From Eledone cirrhosa (lineage: Eukaryota), in contig OZ024747.1 in assembly GCA_964016885.1 (NCBI GenBank), positions 20,398,001 to 20,462,000 on the forward strand: a DNA stretch of 64,000 nt, written 5' to 3'. The translations under genes were made by a program, and so were the position numbers. The notes beneath the pieces were generated by a model. The model was given only the letters and a program-made list of their open reading frames with translations, was not told where the DNA came from and made no database searches. How positions within the stretch are numbered: the stretch's first letter is position 1; the number at the start of each line of letters is the position of its first letter. This document shows, in pieces, positions 42,377 through 56,869 of this stretch.

Positions 42377-42424
<48 letters not shown>

Positions 42425-42431
42425 ACTGTTT

Positions 42432-42514
<83 letters not shown>

Positions 42515-42659
42515 TTCATATATATACCTGGATTATAATTCAGCTTTTTATGATGGCGTTCTAACGAGCTAACTGTATGTTTGTATATTGGGGAGTTTGA
42601 ACATGTTGCAATGTGAAAGATATAGAGATATTGCATAAGCACGTGTAATTTTATATATC

Positions 42660-43455
42660 TATCTATCTAGGGGGGTGGGGGGTGGGGGTAAAATTCCCGA
42701 GATCCATGGACGGGTTCTCTCCAGCAGTCTCTGTCCCTCATTATCACTGCCATGTCCTGCCTCTCCAACAGAGCAGTGTGTGTCTTTAGGGCATCAACAT
42801 ACGTTAACCTTGGTCTTCCTCTTCCATTGAGTCCATGTAGGGGCTCCCACAGGAGCACTGAGTGCAATGTCAACTCTGGATGTTGGTGAGCATGACCAGC
42901 TAACCTCAGTCTCCTCTGTGTCAATTTTGAGCTGACTTTTGGGAGGTTCCCATACAGCTGTGAGTTTTTCATCCTCAGTGTATACTGATTAATGTTCAGA
43001 GCCATCCTCAACATTCTCGTGTAGCACCCATCCACCATCTGAGTGAGTTTCTTGGTCAGGGTCCAAGTCTCAGACCCGTACAGCAACACAGACTCCACTA
43101 CAGCAATGAAGGGGCAGATTTTCAGGTCTTTAAGAAGGTCCGACTCTCACACCGGTCTGAAGCTGTGGCACGCCGCCCAGGCTTTGCTCTTCCTCTCAAC
43201 CACATCATCTTCCGCATTCCCAATCTTTGCTCCCAAATACAGGAATTGCTCAACCAATTCTAGAGACTTCCTGCCTACATTAGTGATCCCCTCTAGCTTC
43301 TCAACATTCTCTACCAGATATTTTGTTTTAGTCTCATTCATTCTCAGCCCCACACTCATCGACACAGTCTCAACCTCCTGCACCAAATCCTCTGCCTCCT
43401 TCACTGTATTTGTCACCAAAACTATGTCGTCGGCAAATTCAGCATCTGATACCTT
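42660..43455 (-). mobile_element. 5'-truncated RTE-like LINE (RT C-terminal half)
   Basis: [67 protein letters not shown]. One premature stop at about 43147. Confidence 0.9.
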
Positions 43456-43494
43456 TTGTATATGTATATATATATGTATGTATATATATATATG

Positions 43495-43624
<130 letters not shown>

Positions 43625-44098
43625 TAAATTTAGCGAGAATCGCATTTCCGCGGGTAGAAATTAGCGAAACGCAACTTCTATATTGTGCAGACAAGCGCTC
43701 CATGACCATATAAGAGGATGGCAGAGCTATAAACATAAGTTAAAATGGTCATACACGCTGAGACGATGGTTAAGAAGCCATAGCCACTATAGCCAAAAAA
43801 GCGAACAAGCTAAACGGGTCAAACAAAATGAGATATGATTGAAATATTTACCCGGACCCTCGGGGAAGATGGAATACTCCGAAATTGGGTTTCTGCAACA
43901 CCTAAATCAATAATACTGTCTGCTTATAAAAATAACCTGTTGGTATAATGATCGAACGAGGCATCGCTTTCTCAATATGTTTTTGTTCTTCTTGCGCCGG
44001 AATCTCGCAGGTTGTGAAAGCACATGTGCGATTCTAAGGGGAGAAAACCCCTATTTTGGCCAGTGAATTCAACATGTTGTGTTATTGCAAAAATTTGC

Positions 44099-44257
44099 AA
44101 AGACCGCACAAAACGAATTAAACTCTCTACCAAGTTGTTTTTAAAATAAACTTAAGCGATTAATCGGTCAATAGAATTAACTAATATATACATATATATA
44201 TATATATAAGTTTATTTTAAAAACAACTTGGTAGAGAGCTTATTTGTTTTGTGCGGT

Positions 44258-44261
<4 letters not shown>
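44099..44261. repeat. Inverted repeat (about 55-bp arms) around a short (TA)n
   Basis: aaagaccgcacaaaac...ctctctaccaagttgtttttaaaataaactta versus its reverse complement at 44207-44261. Confidence 0.85.
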
Positions 44262-44299
<38 letters not shown>

Positions 44300-44308
<9 letters not shown>

Positions 44309-44321
44309 AAATTAAGTATGT

Positions 44322-44391
<70 letters not shown>

Positions 44392-45218
44392 TACATATAG
44401 GGGCCTACATCTTACAATCGATTTTCGTGAAACTTTACAGGGTCATAGATTAGTCATCGTGGAGTGTTTTCTATATATCAGCGTATCGTTTATTTTATTC
44501 AGGGTCATTCTGCAGATAAAAATCGATAGGGGGTCACCTGTTTTTAGGTATCGAAAAATAAGATTTTTGGTTCTAGCTCCCACATTTTGCCACAGATTTC
44601 GTTCAAATTTTAAAGCAAAATAGAATTTATCATTGCACATCCTGTATTGGCTTTATATTTTGCATTTGTTCTTCAGGGACGGCATAGCAGTCGCTTAAAT
44701 ATTCAAAAATACCACTTTTAAACTCAAATTTCCACTTTTTCGGCTGTAGCTCCCACATCAATCAACCTACTTTGTTCAAATTTTACACTACGGTAGCTCT
44801 GATTATTTCACGCCTTAAAGTGGCTTTAGATTTTGGACTTCTTTCCAGGAACGGCGTGGCAGCCGCTGAAATATTCGAAAATACCAGCTTTTCGACTCCA
44901 GCTCCTACATTTTTCAACCGATTTCGTTCAAATTCAAAACTTCGGCTCCACCTCACACATTAATCAATTTATTTGGTTCAACTTTTATACTACGATAGAA
45001 CCTATCATTGCACATCTTGTAGTAGCTTTACACTTTGCATTTTTTGTTCAGGGACGGCGACCTATCATTAACTCCCACATTTTTCAACCGATTTCGCTCA
45101 AATTCGAAACCTCGGCTCCACCTCACGCATAAATCAATATATGTATATATATATATATTCCTTTTCACAATTAATATTGCGAAGCAGTATTATCAAAACT
45201 GTCCGGGTGATTGGTAGT
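44300..45218 (+). mobile_element. Probable non-autonomous Helitron-like element with internal tandem repeats
   Basis: 5' AT-rich head then (GT)n. Repeated ctcc-acattttt-caaccgatttcg-tcaaatt units at about 44576, 44900 and 45071. 3' gcgaagc...ccggg...gtag|t. No TIR or TSD seen. Confidence 0.45.
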
Positions 45219-45801
45219 TACCACAATTCTGGTTTGTATTTATTTTTCTTGATTTATTCTTAAATTGAATCTGGCAAACCCATTGTCAATAGTTAGTATT
45301 CTTTTCACCTTAGCGAATCTGGTCCCTTACGATTTGAACACATATATGTATATGTCTGTGTTCGTTTTTCTTTTTTTGTTCAGTTATATTATACGGCTCG
45401 GAAAAACCTCTTTCCTAGAGCTAATTTTATTGTAAGAGACTATTTTGAGTTTCTAACTCAATACATGCCTTTGATATATATATATATTTATATGTATATA
45501 TATATTGAAAAGATAACAAAGACGAATCGTTACTCCTCATTACATTTATTGGTAGGTAACGCGCGTTTCGCCACTGATCAGCTCAAGGTTCGATCTGTAT
45601 CGATCTTACCCGACTCTATAATCGGCAGCTCGACGGAGCCTTTAAAATATAATACAGTCTGTATAACTCTACACCTCGACACAGAAGTGAACCTAAACAT
45701 AGAGTGCTCACCCGGGTGAAACTGCAGTAACTCCAAGTTACACTCCCTATAAATATATATATATGGATTCTGTCGATCGATTGGTTATTGATTAAACGAT
45801 A

Positions 45802-45910
45802 CCGCTGATGAAGCCACATTCGCCGATTGTGCATTGTTGCATAATATATGCAGACAGAGGGTGCAGTATACCCTACTGCTGCATTAAGTGTGGCCGAACC
45901 TCGAGTCCGG
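45802..45910 (+). ncRNA. Hammerhead motif with extended stem II (GAAA read as GAAC)
   Basis: ccg CUGAUGA a gccaca...uguggc c GAAC cucgag UC cgg. Cassette 45765-46040 lies between (TA)n tracts. Confidence 0.65.
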
Positions 45911-46293
45911 GAACTACTATAGGCACCCGTTTTACGTGTGTTGTATTGAAGCAAATAACTATGTGTATACTCTGGGAATGTATCCTACATTACCTATTGA
46001 GTACGCTGAGATACAACTGGTACTGGCATTGATAAATATGAAATATATATATATATATATATGTGTATATTGATAATGTCGGTCTTTCCATGCAGGTGTT
46101 ATTAAGGTCTGGCTACGTAAGGTGAATTTGGGAGATTGGGTAGTCCCCGTATAGCTTAACGAATTCGGAGGGTGAGTTCGGTTTGTTCGGCAGGTATCTA
46201 GGGTACATGTTCGCGTTTGGTTTACGGCATTTGCTGAGGTTAGTAGACTGATTGGAACAATAACTGTCTTATTTATGTATATATATATTTATA

Positions 46294-46355
<62 letters not shown>

Positions 46356-46914
46356 CTAAGCACACAACACACAAAAACAAGATGGTGTAGGACAGAACAA
46401 AAGAGGGACACAGAATAAAAATCTAGTCACCTAGGAGGTCACAGAACGTGTTACGAAAACAATTTGACAATATATAAACAGCCATCCGGTTTTTTTAACC
46501 AACCAACCAATCGGAAATTTATAATAAATTGAAGTGAAAACCAACAGGTGCGTGTGTTTTTAATGGCCGCATGACCCTCCCCAATATAAATCATATATCA
46601 TTCTGTCACATGTATCGTGGTACAAACTTTACAGAAGGACTTCAATGTGCACGGTTGGCCTCAACTTCACCTTACATTTGAAAAATATATATGCGGTTTA
46701 ATATATTCTAATTTTGCTTAAGTTCAGAGCTGCCTGCAATTACTATATATATACATACGCACGGCCATGATGTGTCTTTTGTCTTCTCGTCAATATTCGC
46801 ACGTTCTTATGTTCAAAATGAATTATTGACTTGATTTTCTCATTTTTTCCTCTCTTTACGTTGTCTCACCATTCGTGTTTGTTTACCTGTCTCTCTTTCT
46901 CCACCCAACTCTTT

Positions 46915-47081
46915 TTATCCCAATAACTTAATTAAGTTATTGCCATGCCCTAGCCGGAGGTATATGGTCTGTAGCTATGATGGCTAGTAAACCACTGATG
47001 ACAGATTGTCCTGGCTTCTATTTCTAATTCTTAATTTTTATATATATCATATATGCAACATCACAGCTCGCCATTTTTTAT

Positions 47082-47085
<4 letters not shown>
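46915..47085 (+). mobile_element. Third, degenerate copy of the rearranged-hammerhead cassette
   Basis: aucc caauaacuuaauuaaguuauug ... aggua UA uggu ... (GAAA strand decayed to auga-uggcua) ... acca CUGAUGA. Tail cagc-cgccatt precedes (TA)n. Confidence 0.55.
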
Positions 47086-47145
<60 letters not shown>

Positions 47146-47153
<8 letters not shown>

Positions 47154-47310
47154 TAATATAACAGATTAAAGTTTAAGCAAAGAATCGGTGCTTTCACCCT
47201 TAACGGGATCTTCTGAAACTAACAAAGACTTTGTTAGTTTCAGAAGATCCCGTTAAGGGTGAAAGCAGCGATTCTTTGCTTAAACTCTAATCTGTTATAT
47301 TAATAAATAT
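47146..47310. repeat. Palindrome, 82-bp arms, 1-nt centre
   Basis: ...aactaacaaag a ctttgttagtt... with two mismatches seen. Abuts (TA)n. Confidence 0.95.
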
Positions 47311-47392
47311 TTGCTCTTCGGTTCTTATATATTTGATATATATTTTCCCTATCGAGCCCTCTTTGGATTTTAGTCTTCAATTTTATTATTAT

Positions 47393-47432
<40 letters not shown>

Positions 47433-47744
47433 ATAAAAAATGGTCTGGGTGAACGAGCCTGAAGAATAGGGAACAACAAGGTGAGAGCTTTTTGTCGTGC
47501 CATTGGGGTGCTTTTTTTATTTGAAACCTTTACATGTCAATTTGTTTTTGTTTGTTTGCTTTTTGTAATCGCATTTTACACGCAAAAACCCACTTTGTAT
47601 CGTAGTGTGCTACATTTAATTTTTGCTTAATGTCAGCCTTGTGTGGTTACACATCAGGCATGAGAGAGAAATTCAAGACACTTCAGGAAGCTTCTGTGCC
47701 AAATAAAAAGCTTTTAAAACACACACACACACATATACACACAT

Positions 47745-47775
<31 letters not shown>

Positions 47776-47849
47776 GTAACAACAACAATAATAGTAACAA
47801 CAAAAAATGATAATAATAATAATTGCAAAACGAAATTGCTTCCACTATA

Positions 47850-48147
47850 GACACAAGGGCAGAAATTACACCAGTCCATTACTGGTACTTTATTTTATCG
47901 ACACCCGTAAGGATGAAAGGGTAATCCCGCCGGGGTTAACTTTGGTTTTCATCCTTATGGTGGATAAAATAAAGTACCAGTAACGCATTGGGGTCGATTT
48001 AATCGACTTTCCTTTTCCCCAAAATTGTTGGCCTTGTGCCTAAATGAGAAACCATTTTTGCCTTTCATCCTTACGGGGTCGATAAAATAAAGTACCAGTA
48101 ATCTACTGGGTAGTTGCTGGCCTTGTGCCAAAAGTAGAAACAATTAT
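47850..48147. mobile_element. Cluster of truncated SINE family A copies (one minus, two plus)
   Basis: The central domain appears three times, and the first two copies are head-to-head. Confidence 0.75.
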
Positions 48148-48859
48148 TACTGTTATTGTTGTTGTTGTTGCTGTTATTGTTGTTCTTGCTGTTTGTGTGT
48201 GTGATTTATAACTATGTTGAATTCGGATTTTCAACATGCATAACGAAGAAAAAACCCATTTTTAAATGCTTCTTTTTTTTACACAGAAGTTTCCTGAAAT
48301 ATCCTAAATTTCTCTCTCATGCTGGATGAGAAACAACACATTTCGGCATGTTTAAGCATTTCAAACATATTTCATGAAGCTAAGTTAATTACACAGCAGG
48401 AACGACAACAAGAATGTCAATGATAACAACAGCGAATCAGCAGCAATATTGAGAGAACTACTAGCGCAATTTGAAGAATCTGCTTTTGTTTACAATCACC
48501 GCCAGAGACTAAATACAGAACCGACTTGAAAGTAATAACGAGGCGATAAGGAAATATAAGGGCGATGTTGTTCGACCAACAATGTTGGTTTTCACGACGT
48601 GTCTAAAGGAGAATGAAATGATGTAGAACACGTGAGGTGAGGGGGGGGGGCACGTGTTATAATGTGCAGAAAACCAGGAAAAATCTCCACTAGAAAATTC
48701 ACTCTGTAAGAAAATATTATGATACTGCCCTACATGGCGTCACATGCTGGAGACGTTAATGTGCAGATGGTGGTTGTTTTGTTGGGGTTAGTTTACAAGG
48801 GCTGACCGTAATGTGAAAGGGATGTTTCAGCGTAGATTCGGTGATGAGGAATTGACAAA

Positions 48860-49043
48860 AATTGTTTCTACTTTTGGCACAAGGCCAGTAATTTATCCCA
48901 GTGTATTACTGGTATTTTATTTTATCGATCCCGTAAGGATGAAAAGCAAAGTTAACCTCGGCGAGATTTGAACTCAAAACGTAAAGGGCTATAACTATGC
49001 TGCAAAGCATGGCGTCCGACACTCTACCGATACTGCTAATCCA
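48860..49043 (-). mobile_element. SINE family A copy
   Basis: Near full-length match to the consensus. Confidence 0.85.
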
Positions 49044-49456
49044 CAGTAATACTACTAAAGAAGCAAGGATGAAGGTGGGGTAATGATAATCTCAATGTAT
49101 TAATGGTAGTAGTCGATGTATAATAATAGTATAAATTAGTAGTAAAGGTTGCTGATGAATTCGTGGTATGTTTAGTGGTATCTTTGGTGATATCGTTGGT
49201 GTTAATAGTGGAGTTAGAGCTTGTAATGAAGGTTGTTCGTTGTATAACATTAGTGCAATAGTCGTAAACATTGATGTGGAATACTGGTGCTAGTTGATTA
49301 GTTGTTTGGTGGTAATATTGGTGGCTGTAAAGAAGTTGGTGCTGGTAATGAAGGTGATGGTTTTTGTTAAACATTATGTCAGGTGTAATAGGGATTAGGG
49401 TGGAATTGATGGTGCTGGCTGATGAGTTGTTTGGTTGTAATGTTAGTAATTATAAT

Positions 49457-49610
49457 TACGTTCTCAGTTCAAATCTCGCTCAGGTTATCTTTAACTTTCA
49501 TCCTTATAGTATTGATACAATAATGTACCAGCAACGTACCCGTGTCGATTTAATCGAATTTTCCCTTTCCTTTCGAATTACTGACGTTGTGCCAAAGGTA
49601 GAAATAATTA
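49457..49610 (+). mobile_element. Degenerate SINE family A copy
   Basis: agttcaaatctc...ctttcatccttat...gtaccag...tagaaataatt. Confidence 0.65.
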
Positions 49611-49811
49611 TTGGTGATTATAGGAGAATGTTTCTGGTAATAATAGTGACTGAGAGGAAATATGTGGAGCTAGCTGATGAGATCCTTAGGAAGATGTTTG
49701 GGGGGGGGGGGGTAGTGGGAAGGATGATAACGACAAACACGACAACGATGAAAACGTGACAACAACAACAATGACGACGTCGACGAAGAAGATGACGAAG
49801 ACGATGACGAA

Positions 49812-49849
<38 letters not shown>

Positions 49850-50370
49850 TGATGATCATGATCATGATGATCATGATAATATTGATAATGATGATGTTGA
49901 TGATGGTGATCAGCTCCTGATGACGTTGGTGATGTTGATGATAATGATGACGACGAGTAGGAAAGGTTGTTGTGATGGCGAAGTTCATGACTATGATGGA
50001 ATCGTGTGTCACATGTCTGTGTGTATTCTCCACAGGTTATTGCATTATCACAATAAACTTCGATGCAACAATAGATGCAAATTGCTTGCACATATGTAAG
50101 TTGTGTGCATATACATGTGCAAAGGTCTCGCACGGAATCTCTTCTCTGTTGATTAAAGAAAACCTTCAATGTATATTAAGATTTCCTGTTAACATTTTAT
50201 TTCAACAATTCTTTAGCACAATACTTTACCTAACCTCGTACTCGCAAACAATGATAAAAAGACCACCAACAACAACAAATATATAACAACAACAACAAAG
50301 ATATAACAACAACGGTAGCAATAGCAACAAAAACAAAAGCAGCGACAATAACAATAATAATATGATTCTG

Positions 50371-50905
50371 ATTAGGCAGAAGCCCAACAATTTTGTGTGA
50401 GGGGAAAGTCGATGAAATCGACCCCGGTGGATGACTGGCACTTTAATTTATCGACCCCGTATGAATGAAAGACAAAGCTAATCTCGTTGGGATTTGAACT
50501 CAGATCATAAAGAGCCGTAACTCTATGCTGCAAAGCATGACATCTGACCCTCTACCGATACTGCCAATCCACCTCCCTCTGATAACTACAATAATACATC
50601 CAATGGTTCATAATTTAGGTACAAGACAAGAAATTCGTGTTGTGGTAAAAGCCGACTATATCGACCTATCTATATAACTAGTACATTATTCTATCGACCA
50701 GGGGAAGATGAAAAGCAAACATAAAATCAGTAGAATTCGAACTCAAAGAGCCGGTACTTATATTGCATGTCATTATGCCTGATTCTTTAAGGATTCTGTC
50801 AATATTAATGGTGGGAGGGGCAAGTCTATTAAATAGTATTGAATACAAGATGGGTACATTATTTTATCGACCATGGAAAGATGAAAGGCAAAATTAACCT
50901 TGGCA
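50371..50905 (-). mobile_element. Three progressively more degenerate SINE family A copies
   Basis: Repeated tttatcgacc...gatgaaa-gcaaa units. Confidence 0.7.
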
Positions 50906-51196
50906 TGTTTTATATTCAAAACATGTGTGTACATGAAATATATACATATTCATGTATATATGCATGTTTCTATAAGGTATAGATGGGTGATAGATAGATG
51001 GATGGATAGATGGATGTTTTGTTTTCCATTGAATTCTTTAATATTTGCAGATTTGAAGTCGTCTACGAACAAACTGACAAGACTTGATTTCTTTTCAAAC
51101 CATTGCAAAGATTTGTAAATTTGTGAGCCAGTGAGTGAGTTAGTGCGCGTATATATATATATATATATGTGTGTGTATGTGTGTGTGTATGTGTGT

Positions 51197-51300
<104 letters not shown>

Positions 51301-51385
51301 ATATGCCTACTTGTAGTAGGACTGTGATCCTCGTGTTCCTAACTACGGTGGCATAACAAAAACAAAGTTATTGCGACTTAACACC

Positions 51386-51452
51386 TGTCTGATGAAAACA
51401 CGCCAAAGGGATATTATGCAACCATTTTGATGTCTTTGAAATACGTATAACA
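51386..51452 (+). ncRNA. Type I hammerhead ribozyme motif
   Basis: ugu CUGAUGA aaacac...ugucuuu GAAA uacgua UA aca, followed by AATAAA. The cassette lies between (GT)n and (TA)n. Confidence 0.7.
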
Positions 51453-52565
51453 AGAGTATATAATAAACAGAGGATGTATACTTGAAACCATCTCTCTTAT
51501 TTATAATATATATATATAGATAGATTCATGATATAAATGAATTTATCCGTTGAGCACGCGTGTGCTTGTGTGTGCCCTTGTGTATGAACGTCTTTATTAC
51601 ACTTTATGCAATATGTATCGCTATGATTAGGAATATGTAATTGTTTGGTGCATATAATTTGTTCATACTGAGATGGGGAATCTTTTAATTGTCCTGCATT
51701 TCATCACTGAACCACTAATCGACTGATATGATGGTTGCGTGTCAATTTAGTTCATACTTTCTTGAAAAACTCCAATATTCAAAGACGTTAATGCAAAGCC
51801 GTTGTAAATAATACTTAAAAGGGTAAAACTACAGTCTGGAAATCAGTTAGACGTTTCTCTTAAATTGAACATAGGTGTTTCCTTCCAAAGTCTTACAACG
51901 ATAAAATTACATCCATTTGCTATTTGAACGCCAGAAAAGTGCATAGCATTTTTTCAATGGCATATATCAATTCTATTCTATTCTATACATATATCAATTC
52001 TATTCTGTTTCCTCCAGTTTGCTATGCTATTGTTATTGAAGCTGCGAACACAATCAGATACTGATGTGCCTTTAAAATGACTGACAGGACAATCATTCCT
52101 GTATGTTGGTTTTGACAAAAATTCCGGGCATCATGGTAAGTATTATTTGTAGAGATGTTCTTAGCAGTTGCAGACGATATCTTTAAAACTCGTACGGTAC
52201 AGTATACATGTCATTTTGAAATATTCTTATCTCTTATGTGGATCATATATTAAACAGCTAACCTCTGTTCCTAAATAGGGGAAGCGCATTCTTCTAGATG
52301 CGATATGATGTGTTCAGCTACAGCCCTGGAGAAACTGTTTAACTGTCAATAGTGTTGGTATCTTTTACTTTAGTGTATATACACATCCATGCATAACTTT
52401 CTGCTAATGTGATGAGAGTTTCACATCCATGTTTCTATTTCCGTTATCTAGTGGATGTATATATGCTTGCATTCTTGCATATATGTTTGTATCGATGTAT
52501 AACATATAAATGCGTCTGTGTATGTGTATGTATGTGTATGTATGCCTACACATATATGTATATAC

Positions 52566-52628
<63 letters not shown>

Positions 52629-52762
52629 GCATATATGATTGTATCGTGTATAACATATAAATGTGTGTGTGTGTGTGTGCTTGTGTGTGTGTGTATGTGC
52701 GTTTATGTATGCATACACATACATACATATATATATACATACATATATGTATATATATATGC

Positions 52763-52796
<34 letters not shown>

Positions 52797-52879
52797 AGGT
52801 ATATATACATATATGTGTAGGCATACATACACATACATACACACACGCATCTATAAATACATATATATATATATGTATG

Positions 52880-52910
<31 letters not shown>

Positions 52911-52965
52911 GTATATCTATATCTGTGTTGTCAGTCTCTATAATTAATAATAATAATAAAATACA

Positions 52966-53000
<35 letters not shown>

Positions 53001-53338
53001 GTATTATTGTTATCATTTTTATTATTATTAACGTCATCATCATTATTCGTGCGCAATAACCCCTGAAGTGAAATACTCTAAATAAATGATTGCATGTCAG
53101 CAAAGTATTTACGAAATCATTTGCCCTTGCAAGCATTTGCAATAACATGAAAATAACACTTAAATCTCATTCAATCTGTCTCCCTCGTTCTGCCTACCAT
53201 ACATTTTTCTCTCTCTTCCTTTGTTTCTTTCTTTCTCTCTCTTTGTCGGTCTCTGTCTCTCTCTCTCTCTATCACTCTCTCTCCCCCATCTCCCCCCTCT
53301 CTCTCTCTCACTCTCTCTCTCTCTCCACTCTCTCTCTC

Positions 53339-53429
<91 letters not shown>

Positions 53430-54492
53430 GTATATAGATACATATATATATATATAAATAAATATATATATAAGTATGTACTAAGAGTGGGAAATGAAAT
53501 ATCGTTTCATTTTTTCCGTTTAAATATATATATATATACACATATATATATATTTTTATGTATAAATATATATATATTTTTATAATGTATACATATATAT
53601 ATATATCTCTACATACTTACATATATAAATATATATATATATATACTTATATATACACACACACATATATATATATGTGTGTATTTAAGTATGTATATAT
53701 ATATATATATACATATATATGTGTGTGTGTGTATGTGCGTGTGTGCGTGTGTCCAAACATATATCAGTTTTCCTCAATCTCGTACTCTTATAATCTGCCA
53801 CTTTATAAATCTTAGTTTGTATATAACTATCTAATTACTTACCACCACCTACCACTACCACGTCTCATTCTGTCTCTCTTCCACTCATTCCCTCTTTCAT
53901 ATTTCATCTCCTCATATTTCCCCCTCACTTCATGACACTCACTTTATCTATCTATAGCAGATTCTCTCTAGTTCATTTGTATTTTCACTTTCTCTTTTTC
54001 TCAATATATTTCCAAATGTTTCTGTAACGTTTCTTATTTTTCTCACTCGTTTACTCATAATTCTCTCTAACTCTTTAGCATTTCTATCACTTTCAACCTC
54101 ACTCACAAAAGCAGTTTCTATCCAATCATATTTCGCTACGCTTTTGCCTCATATTGAATTAATCCCCCTCGTTTCAAAATGGTGAGATAAAATGATACTC
54201 AACAGGAAATTATTCCGCAGATATTATATGGAATAATAATACCAATATAATTTAATATGAAAGTTGAAATATAATAAATTCTATTCATACACATTCCATA
54301 TACTCTTAAAGCAAACTTCGCTATGCACACCCACCCACACACGCACTCCCACACACACACAGACACACACACACACACACACACCGCAACGCATATATAT
54401 ATTTATAGAAATACACGCATTTATTTAATGTGTGTTTCTGAGTGTGTATGAACATGTGTATGCGTAAACGCATGTCTGTGTATACTATATAT

Positions 54493-54553
<61 letters not shown>

Positions 54554-54673
54554 TAAATATACACACACTTCGAAATCACTTTCACCTTTATCCATAGAAA
54601 ATAAATTTCTACCCTCACCTATCATTCAGTTAATGTTTGAATATTTAAATACTATACCATTTAGAATATATTA

Positions 54674-54735
<62 letters not shown>

Positions 54736-55184
54736 GGGAGGGCAGAGAGATAGATAGATATATACAGAGAGACAGAGATGTGTCTGAATGTGTGTGTGAA
54801 CGTAAGTGTTTTGAATGTCCGTCAGAGATTTATTCAAAAAATATTCGAAACGGAGAGAGACAAAACGTTATATTATAATTTGGCCTCGCAAAGGTGAGGT
54901 CTGCATCAATTTATTTTTATTTATTTATTTTTTTTTTTTTAGTATATACTGTAGCAATGAAATAGGCTTCAATATTTTTCATTTTCTTATTCCTATCGAG
55001 AAAGCTTCTCATTTTGCATTCCTGTTACCTCCTTACGTCTGTTTTCATTTCACTTCTTTACTGAAGCTTTTGTCTGAATTCATACAATGACGAGACGCCT
55101 ACCATTCCCTATGATATATCGCACTCAACCTAATATTCCTGAAATCACATCTTGAATTCGTATGATTGCAGGTATTCAAGTGTT

Positions 55185-55299
<115 letters not shown>

Positions 55300-55342
55300 G
55301 ATAAAGAACACAAGAGCGTCTACAACATCAAAAGATTTTTAT

Positions 55343-55391
55343 TGGCTTACAATGTTTCTTCCTTACGTAACCGTAGGATTCGTCAGAGCTA
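55343..55391 (-). ncRNA. Type I hammerhead ribozyme motif
   Basis: Minus strand reads gcu CUGACGA a uccu acg guua cgu a agga a GAAA cauug UA agc, then caAUAAA. Lies between (TA)n tracts. Confidence 0.75.
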
Positions 55392-55484
55392 TAAAAGGGC
55401 TTTGATTGGTGTTATGGACTCTACCAACCAAACATTCAAGAACAAAGAGTAAAGAGAGTAAAGAGCAAAAGTAGGGGACGATAA

Positions 55485-55777
<293 letters not shown>

Positions 55778-56527
55778 CGTGTGTGTGTGTGTATGTGTCT
55801 GTGTGTACGCGTGTGTGTGTTTCTATGTATATATACAACATTAAATTCCCCACACTTTATGTTTTCTAGACATGGTAGATATGACAACCAAATTTCTCTC
55901 AAACTACGGGGTCTTACTGTCTATTCAGGAAAGGAAAAGCACCACCTATGATCTTTTTTTTTTTTTTTTCAGATCATCTATGACGGTTTGAAGTTAGAGA
56001 GGAACGAGTCTGTACTATGTTCTGGTATTTCCCATTTAGAAATGTATTATGGGAACAGTCAGAAGAAACATCATATACATCTCATCAGAGACCTCAATTA
56101 TCCTGGGAATCCATTGTCCTAGATTGCTATTATATTTTAGTGATTCCGAAAGAATGAAAGTTAAAGTTGGCCGTGGCAAGAGATGAGCTCAGTGTGCAGA
56201 GTGCGGGAACAAATGCCACCAAGTCATTTTGTCCTAAGCTCATACGATTCCGCCTACTTATAGTAAATTTGCAGTTATTGATCCACAAAGAGAAAAATAC
56301 TAAGTCAATTCGTCTAAAATCAGAGAATGAGAGAGCGTGGAGAGTTACAGAGGAAGAAAGAGGGAGATAGACAGAAAGAAAAGAGAGAATCAGACAATCA
56401 GACACACTACAGACAGGCAAAACAGAAAGATATATATATATATATATACTATCCGGGAGCTTCCAACCGACATGGTCGCATTCTTTAAGGGTATGTCAAT
56501 ATTTGTTTATAAACCTGATCTATATTA

Positions 56528-56592
56528 TATTTTATCTGATGAAAGCGTACCATAATTTGCGTTGGTGTCCTTGAAATATGTATAATGAAATA
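56528..56592 (+). ncRNA. Type I hammerhead ribozyme motif
   Basis: uauuuuau CUGAUGA aag..uacca...uggug..cuu GAAA uaugua UA augaaaua. 8-bp stem I, overlapping AATAAA. Confidence 0.75.
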
Positions 56593-56623
56593 AATATGCT
56601 TTTATAAATATAGTTTCCATTTG

Positions 56624-56708
<85 letters not shown>

Positions 56709-56869
56709 ACATACATATATATATATATATATATATACCGAGTGATAACATAATAGTACTAGACATTTTGTCCGGCAATCTACCAGAACTATCTAAAACG
56801 GCTATTGCAAACCCACCCCATAAATAATATTTTGATTAACTTTTCCTTTTCAAATTTCAATAAACCCGC

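Noticed and set aside
45552-45585. GAAA cgcgcg UU acc followed by AAUAAA on the minus strand
   Set aside because: It looks like the 3' half of a PLE hammerhead, but no CUGANGA strand is present, so it is not called as a ribozyme.
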